64,000 bases of DNA from Thermoplasmatales archaeon (GCA_027310185.1 DAIDBH010000006.1:32001-96000), one strand, 5' to 3'; numbered from the stretch's first letter, positions 30,673-41,236 are shown. The notes: generated from the letters alone by a model not told the origin. Program-made: numbers and translations.

Positions 30673-30871
30673 GTATTCACAGCTTAACTTATGCACAATA
30701 TGCTTCCTTACTTTTAAGATCAGGTATCAAACTGAACTGTGTTATTCCTGTAAACTTATTGCAATGTTAACTTTGAAACCAAGGATATAACATATTAGCC
30801 CGCATTTTAATCCAATCAATGATCGCATAAATAAAAACAGGCGGCTTGGTTTCAGCCTGATGATCAAGTAG

Positions 30872-30956
30872 TGCGAGGGATGGGATTTGAACCCACGAAC
30901 GCCTACGCGACTGAATCTTAAGTCCAGCACCTTTGGCCAAGCTCAGCAACCCTCGC
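30872..30956 (-). tRNA. tRNA-Leu (TAA)
   Basis: GCGAGGG acceptor, anticodon loop CTTAAGA, long variable arm, GTTCAAATC T-loop. Confidence 0.95.
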
Positions 30957-31033
30957 TTAAATTCCGTAGTTCATAATGGATAAAATAGATTTTCATATTA
31001 AGCCAATCTGATTTATATATTCTTAATACATTC

Positions 31034-31318
31034 ATGATTATGGTGTTTCAGGGAGGTCTTCCAGATAACGGGGAGATAATTAATTTTGAAATAGAAGAAG
31101 AACCAAAATGGGTAAAGGTAAAGCTGGAAGATGGTTCTGTAATCCAGATTAAGATGGAAATCGTTGCAATAATGAAAGGTGGCAATGATCCAAATACGGG
31201 GCTTCCAATTTATATGGTTCAGGCAACCAACATTATTAGAATGAATCAGGTTCCTAAGGAATTGATCAAGAAAAATCCAGCAAAGGAAAAAGGGGCGGAT
31301 GGAACACTTTACAGATAA
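31034..31318 (+). CDS. Small beta-rich hypothetical protein
   Basis: 94 aa; WVKVKLEDGSVI and DPNTGLPIY; overlaps the Lrp gene. Confidence 0.7.
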   Translation: MIMVFQGGLPDNGEIINFEIEEEPKWVKVKLEDGSVIQIKMEIVAIMKGGNDPNTGLPIYMVQATNIIRMNQVPKELIKKNPAKEKGADGTLYR

Positions 31319-31721
31319 AAAGAATAAAAGCATAGATCTTCTGGATGAAAAGATCCTTGAATTGCTTCGAATAAACAGTAGGTTTACTAACAAGGCTATT
31401 GCAACTGTCATTAATGTTTCAGAAGGAACCGTAAGAAGGAGGATAAAGAACCTTCAGGAAAGGAAAGTAATAAGCAGGTTTACCATAGAAACAACAGAAA
31501 TGAAGGAGGCCATCATCCTTTCCAGGTACGATCCTTCCAGCAAGTCCAATATATTGCAGGAACTGAAGAGGATATCAGCGAAGGTTTACGAGGTTGCTGG
31601 AAAATCGGATATGGCAATAATGGTTTCGTACAGGAACCTCATTGAACTGAATGAATTTATAGACAGGATAAGGGAGATTAGAGGAATAAAGAATACAGAA
31701 ACAATGATAAGACTAAAATGA
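31299..31721 (+). CDS. Lrp/AsnC transcriptional regulator
   Basis: DEKILELLRINSR, SEGTVRRRIKNL, YEVAG RAM domain. Confidence 0.9.
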   Translation: MEHFTDKKNKSIDLLDEKILELLRINSRFTNKAIATVINVSEGTVRRRIKNLQERKVISRFTIETTEMKEAIILSRYDPSSKSNILQELKRISAKVYEVAGKSDMAIMVSYRNLIELNEFIDRIREIRGIKNTETMIRLK

Positions 31722-31804
31722 TCTATCCTTCTTATAATAGCCTGTGCCAATAATTGAGATATGATTAAATACCTTTTTTTGATTTACAGCATAAGTGATT
31801 CGCA

Positions 31805-32080
31805 ATGTCAGAAGAAAATAACATCATTTACGTAGGAAAAAAGCCGACAATGAATTATGTGCTAGCTGTAGTTACCCAGTTCAACACCAACAATGTGGAA
31901 AAAATAGTAATAAAGGCTAGAGGAAAATCCATAAGCAAGGCCGTGGATATAGCAGAAATTACCAAGAACAAATTCATGCCAAATGCAAAGTACTCAGACA
32001 TACATATCGAAACAGAGAAAGTCGAGGGAGAACGGGGAGAATCAAATGTTTCCTCTATCGAGATAACGCTCTCAAAATGA
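31805..32080 (+). CDS. albA: Chromatin protein Alba
   Basis: YVGKKPTMNYVLAV, KARGKSISKAVD, VSSIEI. Confidence 0.96.
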   Translation: MSEENNIIYVGKKPTMNYVLAVVTQFNTNNVEKIVIKARGKSISKAVDIAEITKNKFMPNAKYSDIHIETEKVEGERGESNVSSIEITLSK

Positions 32081-32166
32081 TTTTTTCTCTTAATATATAA
32101 ATACTTTTCACAAAAAATTCTTAAAAAGGTTAAATTGCTCCGAAGTGATATGGTATTGTTGATTCA

Positions 32167-33147
32167 ATGTCAGAAGTTCTAAAAATCAGTGTTGATCTGA
32201 GTGGCAAACTGGATCTGATTAACAAAAGACTCTCAGAAGTCCTGAAGACGGACAATGAGAAATTGAACGAGATGTCAAATTATACAGTATCCTCAGGCGG
32301 AAAGAGACTCAGGCCACTGATTGTCCTGCTTGTTTATGAATTAAGCACCACAAAGCCGGTAGAAAATGCACTCGACCTGGCAGTCGCTTACGAGATAATG
32401 CACAGTGCCAGCCTGATCCACGATGATATAATTGATGAAGCTGAAGAGAGGAGGGGCATGCCTTCGCTTCATAAAAAATACAGTCTAGGGGATGCAATAG
32501 TAACAGGTGATTACATGTTCTCAGTTGCTTACAGGATTGGAGCCACATATGGGATTGATGTTTCCAATGTTGTTGCAAAGGCGGCTCAAAAGCTTGCAGA
32601 AGGGCAGATAGAGGAATCCATGAATCTCGGGAATTTTGAAATCACTGAGGATACTTATTTCAATATTATAACTAACAAAACGGCATACTTCTTTGCAGCG
32701 GGGGCTAAAACTGCTGCAATGGTTGCGGGTTCATCAAGAGAAGACCAGAATAACATGTTCAATTTTGCCTTCAATGTGGGAATGGCCTTTCAGATTGCAG
32801 ATGATATTCTGGACATTGTGGGAAAGGAGGAGATCATCGGCAAGACTCCGTTCACAGACATGAAGCACAGTGCTCTTACGCTGCCTATGATTTATGCGCT
32901 GAAGAATGGAAACGAGGCTGGGAAGAGACATCTGAAAAGCGTTTTGAGGGGGAGAGAGACAGATCCGGAAAGCATTCAGAAGGCAAAACAGTTCCTAATT
33001 GATTCAGGTTCTGTGGATTATTCAATAGAAAAGGCCAAGAAATTTATTGACATGGCAATTGAATCTGAAAAGACGGCAAAGATCAGCCCGAATCTTCAGA
33101 CATTGTTTGAGATTGCATATAGCGTAATAAGCAGGATAAGGGTTTAA
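32167..33147 (+). CDS. Polyprenyl diphosphate synthase
   Basis: GGKRLRP, HDDIID...RRG, NKTA, FQIADDILD. Confidence 0.93.
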   Translation: MSEVLKISVDLSGKLDLINKRLSEVLKTDNEKLNEMSNYTVSSGGKRLRPLIVLLVYELSTTKPVENALDLAVAYEIMHSASLIHDDIIDEAEERRGMPSLHKKYSLGDAIVTGDYMFSVAYRIGATYGIDVSNVVAKAAQKLAEGQIEESMNLGNFEITEDTYFNIITNKTAYFFAAGAKTAAMVAGSSREDQNNMFNFAFNVGMAFQIADDILDIVGKEEIIGKTPFTDMKHSALTLPMIYALKNGNEAGKRHLKSVLRGRETDPESIQKAKQFLIDSGSVDYSIEKAKKFIDMAIESEKTAKISPNLQTLFEIAYSVISRIRV

Positions 33148-33148
33148 A

Positions 33149-34312
33149 ATGGTAAGAATATTATTGTATACTGGAAAAGGTGGGGTAGGTAAAACAAGCG
33201 TTTCGGCAGCAACAGGCATAGAACTGGCAAAAAGAGGATTGAAGACCCTCGTTATTTCAACAGATCCGGCTCACAGCCTGAGAGATGCGTTTAAGAGAAA
33301 CATAGGGAGCGAGCCTGTTGAGGTCAGTAAGAATCTCTTTCTTCAGGAGATCAGTGTCACAGAGGCAATAAAGAAGTACTGGGATAACCTTAAACTATAT
33401 CTTACAGCACTAATGAGATCACAGGGTGTGGACGGTATTGCGGCTGAAGAAATAGCGACCATGCCAGGTTTTGATGAGGCAACCGAACTACTTTACATAA
33501 GGGAATACGCAAATGACAAGAGGTTTGACGTAGTAGTGATGGATACAGCACCCACGGGAGAATCCCTTAAATTACTGTCATTTCCGGAAGCTTTTTCATG
33601 GTACATGGAGAGGATATTCCCCATAAGCAGGAAAACGGCAAAGATAATGCGTCCTCTTATGAAGCCTTTCCTTGGTGTCCCTATTCCTGATGACAAGGTT
33701 TTTGGAAGTATTGAGGAGCTCTATTCCCAGATGAGGGAAGTGAAAGAAATACTCTCAGATCCTCAGACGACAACAATAAGACTGGTATGCAACCCTGACA
33801 GGATGTCATTCAATGAGACAAAGAGAGCTTTTACGTATCTATTAATGTACGGGTATAACGTGGATAGCGTGATTGTGAACAAGATTTATGCAGATGATAC
33901 GGGTGAATTTCTGAAAAAGTGGAGGGAATCCCAAACAGAAGTCCTGGAAGAGATCGAAACTGCATTCGCTGATCTCAAAATTATGAAGATCCCCATGAGT
34001 GCAAACGAACCTACCGGACAGAAACTGCTCGAGGAAATGGGAAAGAAGCTGTATGAGGATGTTGATCCATTAAGTATAATGAGCAGTATCATACCTCCAG
34101 TACAGTTCATAAGTGAAGATGATCATAAAATGGTAAAGATAAGGATACCATTTGCTGACAAGAAGAACACCCAGTTGCATAACAGGGGAGGTGAGCTCGT
34201 GGTACAGATAGATAACTGGAGAAGAGTCTTCTTCCTGCCACAGAGCATGAGTGATCTCAACCCTACTAACGCAGAGTTTAATAAGGGCTTTCTCAATATA
34301 GAGATGAGTTAA
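33149..34312 (+). CDS. ArsA/Get3-family ATPase with C-terminal alpha-crystallin domain (Get3d type)
   Basis: GKGGVGKT, STDPAHSL, DTAPTG; C-terminal LVVQIDNWRRVFFLP...GFLNIEM. Confidence 0.88.
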   Translation: MVRILLYTGKGGVGKTSVSAATGIELAKRGLKTLVISTDPAHSLRDAFKRNIGSEPVEVSKNLFLQEISVTEAIKKYWDNLKLYLTALMRSQGVDGIAAEEIATMPGFDEATELLYIREYANDKRFDVVVMDTAPTGESLKLLSFPEAFSWYMERIFPISRKTAKIMRPLMKPFLGVPIPDDKVFGSIEELYSQMREVKEILSDPQTTTIRLVCNPDRMSFNETKRAFTYLLMYGYNVDSVIVNKIYADDTGEFLKKWRESQTEVLEEIETAFADLKIMKIPMSANEPTGQKLLEEMGKKLYEDVDPLSIMSSIIPPVQFISEDDHKMVKIRIPFADKKNTQLHNRGGELVVQIDNWRRVFFLPQSMSDLNPTNAEFNKGFLNIEMS

Positions 34313-34513
34313 ATGGTAGAGAAAACAATTGGCGGAAAAAACGGGAAAATACACTTTGAATTTGATCTTGAACTCCCGGGACTGAAAGAGTCTGCCGAGG
34401 ATTTCCTTTCATTCATGAAAGCTGCGGCAGATGAGATGGTTGATGTAGGAAGGAAAGTCGCTTCAAAGGGAAACACTGAAAAGAGAGAGATAAAGAAAAT
34501 AAATATTAAATAA
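34313..34513 (+). CDS. Small hypothetical protein coupled to Get3d
   Basis: 66 aa; ATG directly after the Get3d TAA; ends KKINIK. Confidence 0.65.
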   Translation: MVEKTIGGKNGKIHFEFDLELPGLKESAEDFLSFMKAAADEMVDVGRKVASKGNTEKREIKKINIK

Positions 34514-34561
34514 TTTTTAAACAACCACTATTCATATTAACATTGTATTAATTACCTGATC

Positions 34562-36103
34562 ATGGTTGATTTGGAGAGGATTAAGAAGAATACTTTTGAA
34601 AAGCTTGGTCTGTCTGATAGTAATTCGGGTGTGTTTTATGGGAAATGGGAAAAATTTTCTGAAAAGGATGCCATCACTGTAAAGAGCCCAATAAATGGAG
34701 CGCTACTGGGAAAGGTTTCAGTTGCCAATCCTGATACTTACGACAAAACAGTTTCATCATTGCGAAAGGCATTTTCAGAGTGGAGCGACGTTCCGGGACC
34801 CAAAAGAGGTCTCCTCATTAAGAAAATCTCAGACGCACTCTCCGAGAAAAAGGAACTTCTGGGAAGGATTGTTTCACTGGAAGTTGGAAAAACCAACGTT
34901 GAGGGACAGGGTGAAATCCAGGAAATGATAGACGTTGGATACTATGCAACAGGACTGGGCAGGCAGATATATGGAAATACCATAGCCAGCGAAAGACCAG
35001 AGCATGTACTTTATGAGAAGTTCCTTCCACTTGGTGTTGTAGGAGTCATAACAGCATTCAACTTCCCATCTGCAGTATGGTCATGGAACTCATTTTTAGC
35101 TGCAACTGTAGGAGACACTGTCTTATGGAAACCATCATCAAAGGCTGCCCTGACTTCGGTTGCTGTAATGAATGTAATAGGAAAAGTTCTGGAAAAAGAG
35201 AACTACCCAAATATATTTGGTCTTGTAAATGGCAGAGGATCAAGCATAGGTGAGTTGCTGTCAAAGGATGAGAGGATTCCACTCGTTTCCTTTACAGGTT
35301 CTGTTAAAACAGGAAGGCATATCTCATCAGTTGTTTCAGGCAGATTCGGCAGGACAATACTTGAACTTGGAGGGAACAACTGCGCAATAGTCAGCGAGAA
35401 GGCAGACATGGATATTGCACTGAAAGGTGTTGGATTCGGGGCACTTGCCACAGCGGGCCAGAGATGTACAAGCACAAGAAGGGCCGTTGTCAGCGAGAAG
35501 ATATACGAGGACTTCAAGAAGAGGCTTATTGAGGCTTACAGGAAAGCCAGAATTGGTAATCCACTTGAGAATGGAGTGCTTGTAGGACCCCTGATAGATG
35601 AGGATGCTGTGGTGAATTATGAGAAGGCTATAGTGAAGGCGGTTGAACAGGGAGGAAAGGTCCTGACAGGAGGAAAGAGACATAAAGGTGAGAGCAACGG
35701 CTATTATGTGGAACCAACAATAATAGAAGCCAAGAAGGGCATGGAAATCACGAAAGAGGAAACCTTTGCACCTATCCTCTACCTCTTCAAGTATTCCAAT
35801 CTGAAAGAAGCCATTGAAATTCACAATGGTGTTCCTCAGGGACTCTCATCGGCTATGTTCACAACAGATCTGAGGGAGGAGGAAATTTTCCTCTCATCAA
35901 AGGGGTCTGACTGCGGTATAGCAAACATTAATACAAGCACTGCAGGTGCTGAAATTGGTGGTGCATTTGGTGGCGAGAAAGATACAGGTGGAGGAAGAGA
36001 ATCAGGCAGTGATGCATGGAAGGCATATACGAGAAGAATCACCATAACGAAGAATTATGGTAATGAGTTGCCACTTTCTCAGGGAGTCACTTTTGACCTC
36101 TGA
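34562..36103 (+). CDS. Aldehyde dehydrogenase, ALDH7/piperideine-6-carboxylate dehydrogenase type
   Basis: GEIQEMID, TAFNFP, LELGGNN, TAGQRCT, GAEIGGAFGGEK. Confidence 0.92.
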   Translation: MVDLERIKKNTFEKLGLSDSNSGVFYGKWEKFSEKDAITVKSPINGALLGKVSVANPDTYDKTVSSLRKAFSEWSDVPGPKRGLLIKKISDALSEKKELLGRIVSLEVGKTNVEGQGEIQEMIDVGYYATGLGRQIYGNTIASERPEHVLYEKFLPLGVVGVITAFNFPSAVWSWNSFLAATVGDTVLWKPSSKAALTSVAVMNVIGKVLEKENYPNIFGLVNGRGSSIGELLSKDERIPLVSFTGSVKTGRHISSVVSGRFGRTILELGGNNCAIVSEKADMDIALKGVGFGALATAGQRCTSTRRAVVSEKIYEDFKKRLIEAYRKARIGNPLENGVLVGPLIDEDAVVNYEKAIVKAVEQGGKVLTGGKRHKGESNGYYVEPTIIEAKKGMEITKEETFAPILYLFKYSNLKEAIEIHNGVPQGLSSAMFTTDLREEEIFLSSKGSDCGIANINTSTAGAEIGGAFGGEKDTGGGRESGSDAWKAYTRRITITKNYGNELPLSQGVTFDL

Positions 36104-36361
36104 TTAAACAGGATTTTTTTACTGCAAATCTTTTTTTTCTTTTTTTCCTAATTTATTAATCGAGTTATAACATGAACTGTTGCACATAAACTTCAATATA
36201 AATTTGATAGTGTGTAATATATTACCTTTTTGTGAAATTTATATAATTTGTCATATTATAATATAAAAACCCATGAATTGTTCATTTTCCCAATGAAAAT
36301 TTTATCATATAAAAAAATTACCGAAACCACTTAAATAATATGAACCATTAATGAAGGTATT

Positions 36362-37837
36362 ATGTTCGAAAAGACCTCCAGAGATTCAGGTGGCACTAAG
36401 AACGAATTGAAAAAGGGATCTGTTGGTACATGGCAGGGAGCATTTTACTCGCTCGCCCAGGTAGGGCCAGCGGCGGATATTGCCATACTCCTGATAGGTA
36501 CATTCAGGGATGTTGGTTTCAGGTCAGTAACAGCAGTACTGGTTGCATGGCTGATATATGGGTTGTGGATGATCACACCGTATGAATTCTCAAAGTTGAG
36601 ATCCAATGCTGGTGGGTATTATGCTTATGCGGCTGCATCAACAAAGAGTGGTTTTTATGGTCCTGCAACGGCATTTTCATGGCTGTATGAGAACCTAACT
36701 TCCTCAGCATTCGCAGTTCTTGGAATATCATCATTCCTGTTTCTGCTATCATCTGAGATATCATCGCTGAAATATCTCTGGGTGGTGTTTGCCATAGGGA
36801 TGATTGTTTACGTAACAGTAATTCCATATCTTGGAATTAGACCTTCCGTTCAGTATACATTCATAACTGGTTTTGCAGAGGTTATGTTCCTTTTCATTGC
36901 ATCAATCATAATAATCATAGAGGTTGGGCCAGGGAACTCTTTCGTACCATTTACATTACCTTTCAGCATAGTACCGGTATTTTTCCTATCCATGATTTTC
37001 TCCATAAGTGATTTTACAGGAATCGGTATTTCTACGACAATATCGGAGGAAATAGAGGAGCCAAAGAAGAAGATAAAGAATTCTCTTCTTCTCTCATACC
37101 TGTTTTCAGGACTTGCACTGATTCCTGCAACATATGCACTGACCGTGGGATGGGGGATATCCGGTATTAAAGGATTCGCAGGGGCCAATGATCCTGGCCT
37201 GATTGTCTTCGAAAGGTATCTGGGACCAATTGGCGGGATACTTCTTGTAATATTTACAATAAACAGTTATCTCTCCAATGGTGTTGCAAAGACCAACGCT
37301 GTCAGCAGGGTATGGTTTTCTGCCAGCAGGGACAAGATCATATTCCCAAAATCATTCTCTGAGGTACATAAGAAATACAAGAGCCCGCACAAGGCAATAA
37401 GAGCGTATATGATCCTTATGCTTGTTATCAACCTTCTCTTTGGTTTCCTTTTCGGTCCAAAGACGGGAGCACTCATATTGCTGACAGGTTCAGGAATAGG
37501 AATAATTTTCACCCATATCTATGCAAACATTAGCCTGACACTATATACAAGAACACAGAAAGTTTTCAAGTGGCTGGTACATGGACTGATTCCAATCGCT
37601 TCCTCAATCATAGCCGGTGTTGTTATCTTTTACACCGTTCAACAGGATATCCTCGCACAGATACTATCACCATCCTTTGATAACTTTGCCTATGCAACTT
37701 CTGCTGTAGTCGGCGTGATCTGGTCATTTGTGTTTGCAATCGTAATTTCATTCTACTATGTTAGAAAAAAGCCAAAGATTGCAACTGCAGCCGGAACATA
37801 CGATGCAGATCATATAAAAATTACATGGGATAAGTGA
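36362..37837 (+). CDS. APC-family amino acid/amine permease
   Basis: About 12 TM helices; NAGGYYAY, SEEIEEPKK, SRVWFS, HKKYKSP. Confidence 0.88.
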   Translation: MFEKTSRDSGGTKNELKKGSVGTWQGAFYSLAQVGPAADIAILLIGTFRDVGFRSVTAVLVAWLIYGLWMITPYEFSKLRSNAGGYYAYAAASTKSGFYGPATAFSWLYENLTSSAFAVLGISSFLFLLSSEISSLKYLWVVFAIGMIVYVTVIPYLGIRPSVQYTFITGFAEVMFLFIASIIIIIEVGPGNSFVPFTLPFSIVPVFFLSMIFSISDFTGIGISTTISEEIEEPKKKIKNSLLLSYLFSGLALIPATYALTVGWGISGIKGFAGANDPGLIVFERYLGPIGGILLVIFTINSYLSNGVAKTNAVSRVWFSASRDKIIFPKSFSEVHKKYKSPHKAIRAYMILMLVINLLFGFLFGPKTGALILLTGSGIGIIFTHIYANISLTLYTRTQKVFKWLVHGLIPIASSIIAGVVIFYTVQQDILAQILSPSFDNFAYATSAVVGVIWSFVFAIVISFYYVRKKPKIATAAGTYDADHIKITWDK

Positions 37838-37886
37838 TCCCATAAATCCATAATTTTACCAATAATATTTTGAATTCCTTAATTTT

Positions 37887-38810
37887 TCATATCATGTTCA
37901 GTAAATATGAAGGCAGTTCCATTGATACAACAAAGTTTGGTTCATCCACTATTTCACTTATGTGCAGATTGCCTGCAACGCTGCATAGTATGTAAGCTTC
38001 CTCTTCTGTTAGACCCTTTTCGTGGAGGATGCTTATCATGGATAGTGCTGCTTCCGTTGAACATTTATAAAGATCCGGACCTATACCTGTTGAAATTATA
38101 ACTTCTCCCTCTTCTTTCTTTCTGCTAATGATTACTGGCGATCTGATCTTCCTTTTCCTTTCTATTTTAACTTCTGCTACAATTCTTGCTCCTGTCTCGA
38201 CTGCAGTTCCACAGATCTCTCCATCCCCCTGGGAACCATGTGGATCTGAGAATGATAGCAATCCCCCTTCAACAGAGACTGGAAGAGTGATCCTTGAACC
38301 CTCCGAAACAAATCTATTGTCCATGTTTCCACCAAAATACTGAGGTGGGATCATTCCATACTCTCCTTCTGCAGGAGCTGTACCTATGACTCCAAGAAAT
38401 GGACTGGCCTTTATTCTTATTCCTTTCAATAAGTCTCCTTCTGAGAATATCTCTCCTTTGCCGATGTTCCAGAATAAGAGTGTTTCCCTGTACCTATTCT
38501 TGAGCAAGCCAAAATCATTCATTATTCCTGTCCATCCCCAGCTATCGGTTTCCATTTTCTTTATGGTAACTTCAATGCTATCTCCGGGATTTGCACCTTC
38601 TACATATATGGGACCAACTGCCCCATCAAAGAGTGATGAATCTATTGACCTCATCTGCGAAAGAGTGGAATTCCTGCTTATCTGCATTGTTGACGAATCT
38701 GGAATAATCACCTCGAATTCCTCCCCTTCCTTCACATGGAATACAGGACTGTTATTCCTACTCCATTTAAAGTGTAGATTTCTTAAATCTCTTCCATTCA
38801 GTTGGTTCAT
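37887..38810 (-). CDS. Acetamidase/formamidase family protein
   Basis: GPIYVEGA, PFLGVIG, GGNMD, DPHGSQGDGEICGTAVE; start at 38810 (38849 is the alternative). Confidence 0.9.
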   Translation of the reverse strand: MNQLNGRDLRNLHFKWSRNNSPVFHVKEGEEFEVIIPDSSTMQISRNSTLSQMRSIDSSLFDGAVGPIYVEGANPGDSIEVTIKKMETDSWGWTGIMNDFGLLKNRYRETLLFWNIGKGEIFSEGDLLKGIRIKASPFLGVIGTAPAEGEYGMIPPQYFGGNMDNRFVSEGSRITLPVSVEGGLLSFSDPHGSQGDGEICGTAVETGARIVAEVKIERKRKIRSPVIISRKKEEGEVIISTGIGPDLYKCSTEAALSMISILHEKGLTEEEAYILCSVAGNLHISEIVDEPNFVVSMELPSYLLNMI

Positions 38811-38831
38811 ACCGGTAGTATTCCATCTATG

Positions 38832-38857
38832 AATAAATAATGTGCCCATTATTTATT
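38832..38857. promoter_or_regulatory. Perfect 11-bp inverted repeat upstream of the acetamidase
   Basis: AATAAATAATG-TGCC-CATTATTTATT. Confidence 0.5.
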
Positions 38858-38992
38858 AGGATTTTTCCATGATTTCTCTAGGACGAATATGATGAATATT
38901 CCAGTTACTGATAGTGCAAATTTCCCCATGAAAAATAGTTATTGGATAGGATTGGAAATAATTAATAGTTAACCAGTAATGGGTTGATGTAA

Positions 38993-39934
38993 ATGAAAAT
39001 TAGTGAGATTCATAGCAGATTAAACAGGAGATGCATAATAGCAATTAGGCAGCATAAAGGAATTTTTAGCGTACTTTCAAGGTTGGAAAAGGTCACACCT
39101 GTATTCATTTTCAACGAAGGAAATGTTACATACATCAGACTATTCTTCCTCAAGAACGAGATATCAAACTCAGCAATTTCTCCCATTCTTTCCAGGAAGG
39201 ATCTGGTGGAGAACAGGTCATTTTATTCCATAACAGAGAGTGTGGAGAATGATGAACAAACCAGTATTATCACAAGGCTTCTGGAAGCCCCTTCAGTGGC
39301 CTTGAATAACACATACCTGCTAAGGGATGAATTGTTTATTGACTTCAGATTTCACGAGGATAAGCTTCACGAGATTAACGATATTTTGGCCGAAGTCATG
39401 GGTAAACTGAAGGATTTCAGGATAGTTTCAATGACACATTCTCTCAGCCTCAGGAGGAGGATGGATGAAATAAGGCAGCAGACACCTCTCTCATTGGTAA
39501 AATATACACTCAGGACACCTGAAGACAATACAATACTGAAATATATAAAATCCATAGATCCTGAATCAGTGGCAGAAATTCAGGGAAGCATCCTGTCTGA
39601 TAAGGGAGTGAAGGTTTTATTGTATACGACCAGGCCCATAAAACATCCTGGCGTTAAGGTTGTTTCTGAAGAAGATCTCGTTTATGAGGCTTTTGTAAAG
39701 GAAAAAACACTTGAGGACGGTATGAAACTTGGTAATAACGCTGGGATACCAAGGCTTGCATTCTTCTTGACTGTGGAAAATGGAATTCCATGTGATACCA
39801 CCTTTGTGCCTGCAGCAGAAGCCGACGAATATATATCAATTATGATGAGTTCACTCATGTCAGATCACGAAACGCACCCACTACTCCAATTCTTCTCTTC
39901 ACTTGATGATGAGGAGGTATGGAGCTGGGTATAA
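38993..39934 (+). CDS. Hypothetical protein, paralogous to 53310-54197
   Basis: 313-aa ORF with codon-like composition; apparent internal duplication. Confidence 0.8.
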   Translation: MKISEIHSRLNRRCIIAIRQHKGIFSVLSRLEKVTPVFIFNEGNVTYIRLFFLKNEISNSAISPILSRKDLVENRSFYSITESVENDEQTSIITRLLEAPSVALNNTYLLRDELFIDFRFHEDKLHEINDILAEVMGKLKDFRIVSMTHSLSLRRRMDEIRQQTPLSLVKYTLRTPEDNTILKYIKSIDPESVAEIQGSILSDKGVKVLLYTTRPIKHPGVKVVSEEDLVYEAFVKEKTLEDGMKLGNNAGIPRLAFFLTVENGIPCDTTFVPAAEADEYISIMMSSLMSDHETHPLLQFFSSLDDEEVWSWV

Positions 39935-40033
39935 ATCCTTTTTTTTTACTTATTAATATAAGAATCTCCTTATCTAAAAGAATACAATGATTTAATTTCA
40001 TTAAAATATACAGCCTAAGTAAAAGGGTTATCC

Positions 40034-41236
40034 TTGTTGGAACAGAACAGGCTCTCGGGAACCATCTATGCTTCAAGACTTGTATATGCCATTAACTGGT
40101 TCACAATAGCCCCTGCGCTGATTTTCATCCAGAAACAGCTAAATGTTTCATCCATAGAGCTCGGGCTCATAGCCTCAGCCTTTTTTATTGGGTTGATGCC
40201 GTTTCAACTACTGAGTGGCATTATCTCCATAAAAACATCACCAAGATTCCTATCAATTACAGGTTTGATTTTGATTGGGTCTTTTTCGATCATAACTGGG
40301 TTGTCCCAGTCCTTTACGGAGATATTTATATCGAGGCTAGTCCTTGGGATAGGGAGTGCCTTATTTTCCTCACCAGCCCTTTCCCTCCTATCCAGTGATG
40401 ACAGGAATCTTGCTTCAAGAAGGGTTGGGAATTACAATGCCATATTCAGTATTGGTTCAGGTGTCAGTATAATTATCTGGGCAGTTCTTGATCCATTTAT
40501 AGGGTGGAGATTTTCAATGTATTTCACAGGAATCTTATCCCTATTATGTGCTTTTTTTATTGTTGTCAACATTAAACCCCAACACATAAAAAAAGAATCA
40601 ATTGCTAATAAAACTGAACTTAAAAGAATTCTACAAAGCAGTAAAAGATGGATGCTTGGATTTTCAGCTGCAATTGCGCCCCTGTCTGAAACTATTATTG
40701 GATAGTTTTTTGTGTATTATTCTGAAAAAACAAACCTATTCTCTTCTCTGGAATCAGGGATCATAATATCTCTCTATTTCATCGTTGGGCTCCTAGGAGG
40801 TGTAATATATGGTAGATTTTATAACAGAACAACTCATAAAAATTCACTGTATATGTTGACCCTTACTGCATGTTCTATCCTATTTATCACAATATCATTT
40901 TCCAGAAACTTATATGTTCTTATTGTAGTATTATGGGTAATTGGTGCACTTACAGCTGCTATCCTATCAATGCTTTATTTCATAGTGATGCAGCTTGAGC
41001 CTAGTTCTAACTACCTTCCATTCTCCCTTGGTTTCAATAACTTCATGCAGAAAGTGATATCCATATCCTCACCCATAGTTTTCATATTTATTGCTGTCAG
41101 GGTAGATTATTCCATGGCATGGCTAATACTCGGAGTTTCTGGACTGTTTCTGGCATTTCTCTACCCTGGGTTGTATTCAAATATATGGGAAGGCGATGCA
41201 GGACATTCTAGTAATAGATTTCTGACGAAACCATGA
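40034..41236 (+). pseudogene. MFS transporter interrupted by one in-frame TAG
   Basis: Two ORFs in the same frame separated by TAG at 40703-40705; together about 12 TM with SRLVLGIG motif. Confidence 0.8.

Noticed and set aside
38889-38931. Possible box C/D sRNA (ATGATGA-12 nt-CTGA)
   Set aside because: Only one convincing box pair, no recognisable C' box and no target identified; lies in a divergent promoter
40703-40705. Genome-wide TAG recoding (pyrrolysine)
   Set aside because: TAG is the normal stop of several complete genes here (8153, 44079, 44744, 47148) and no pyl genes are in the window
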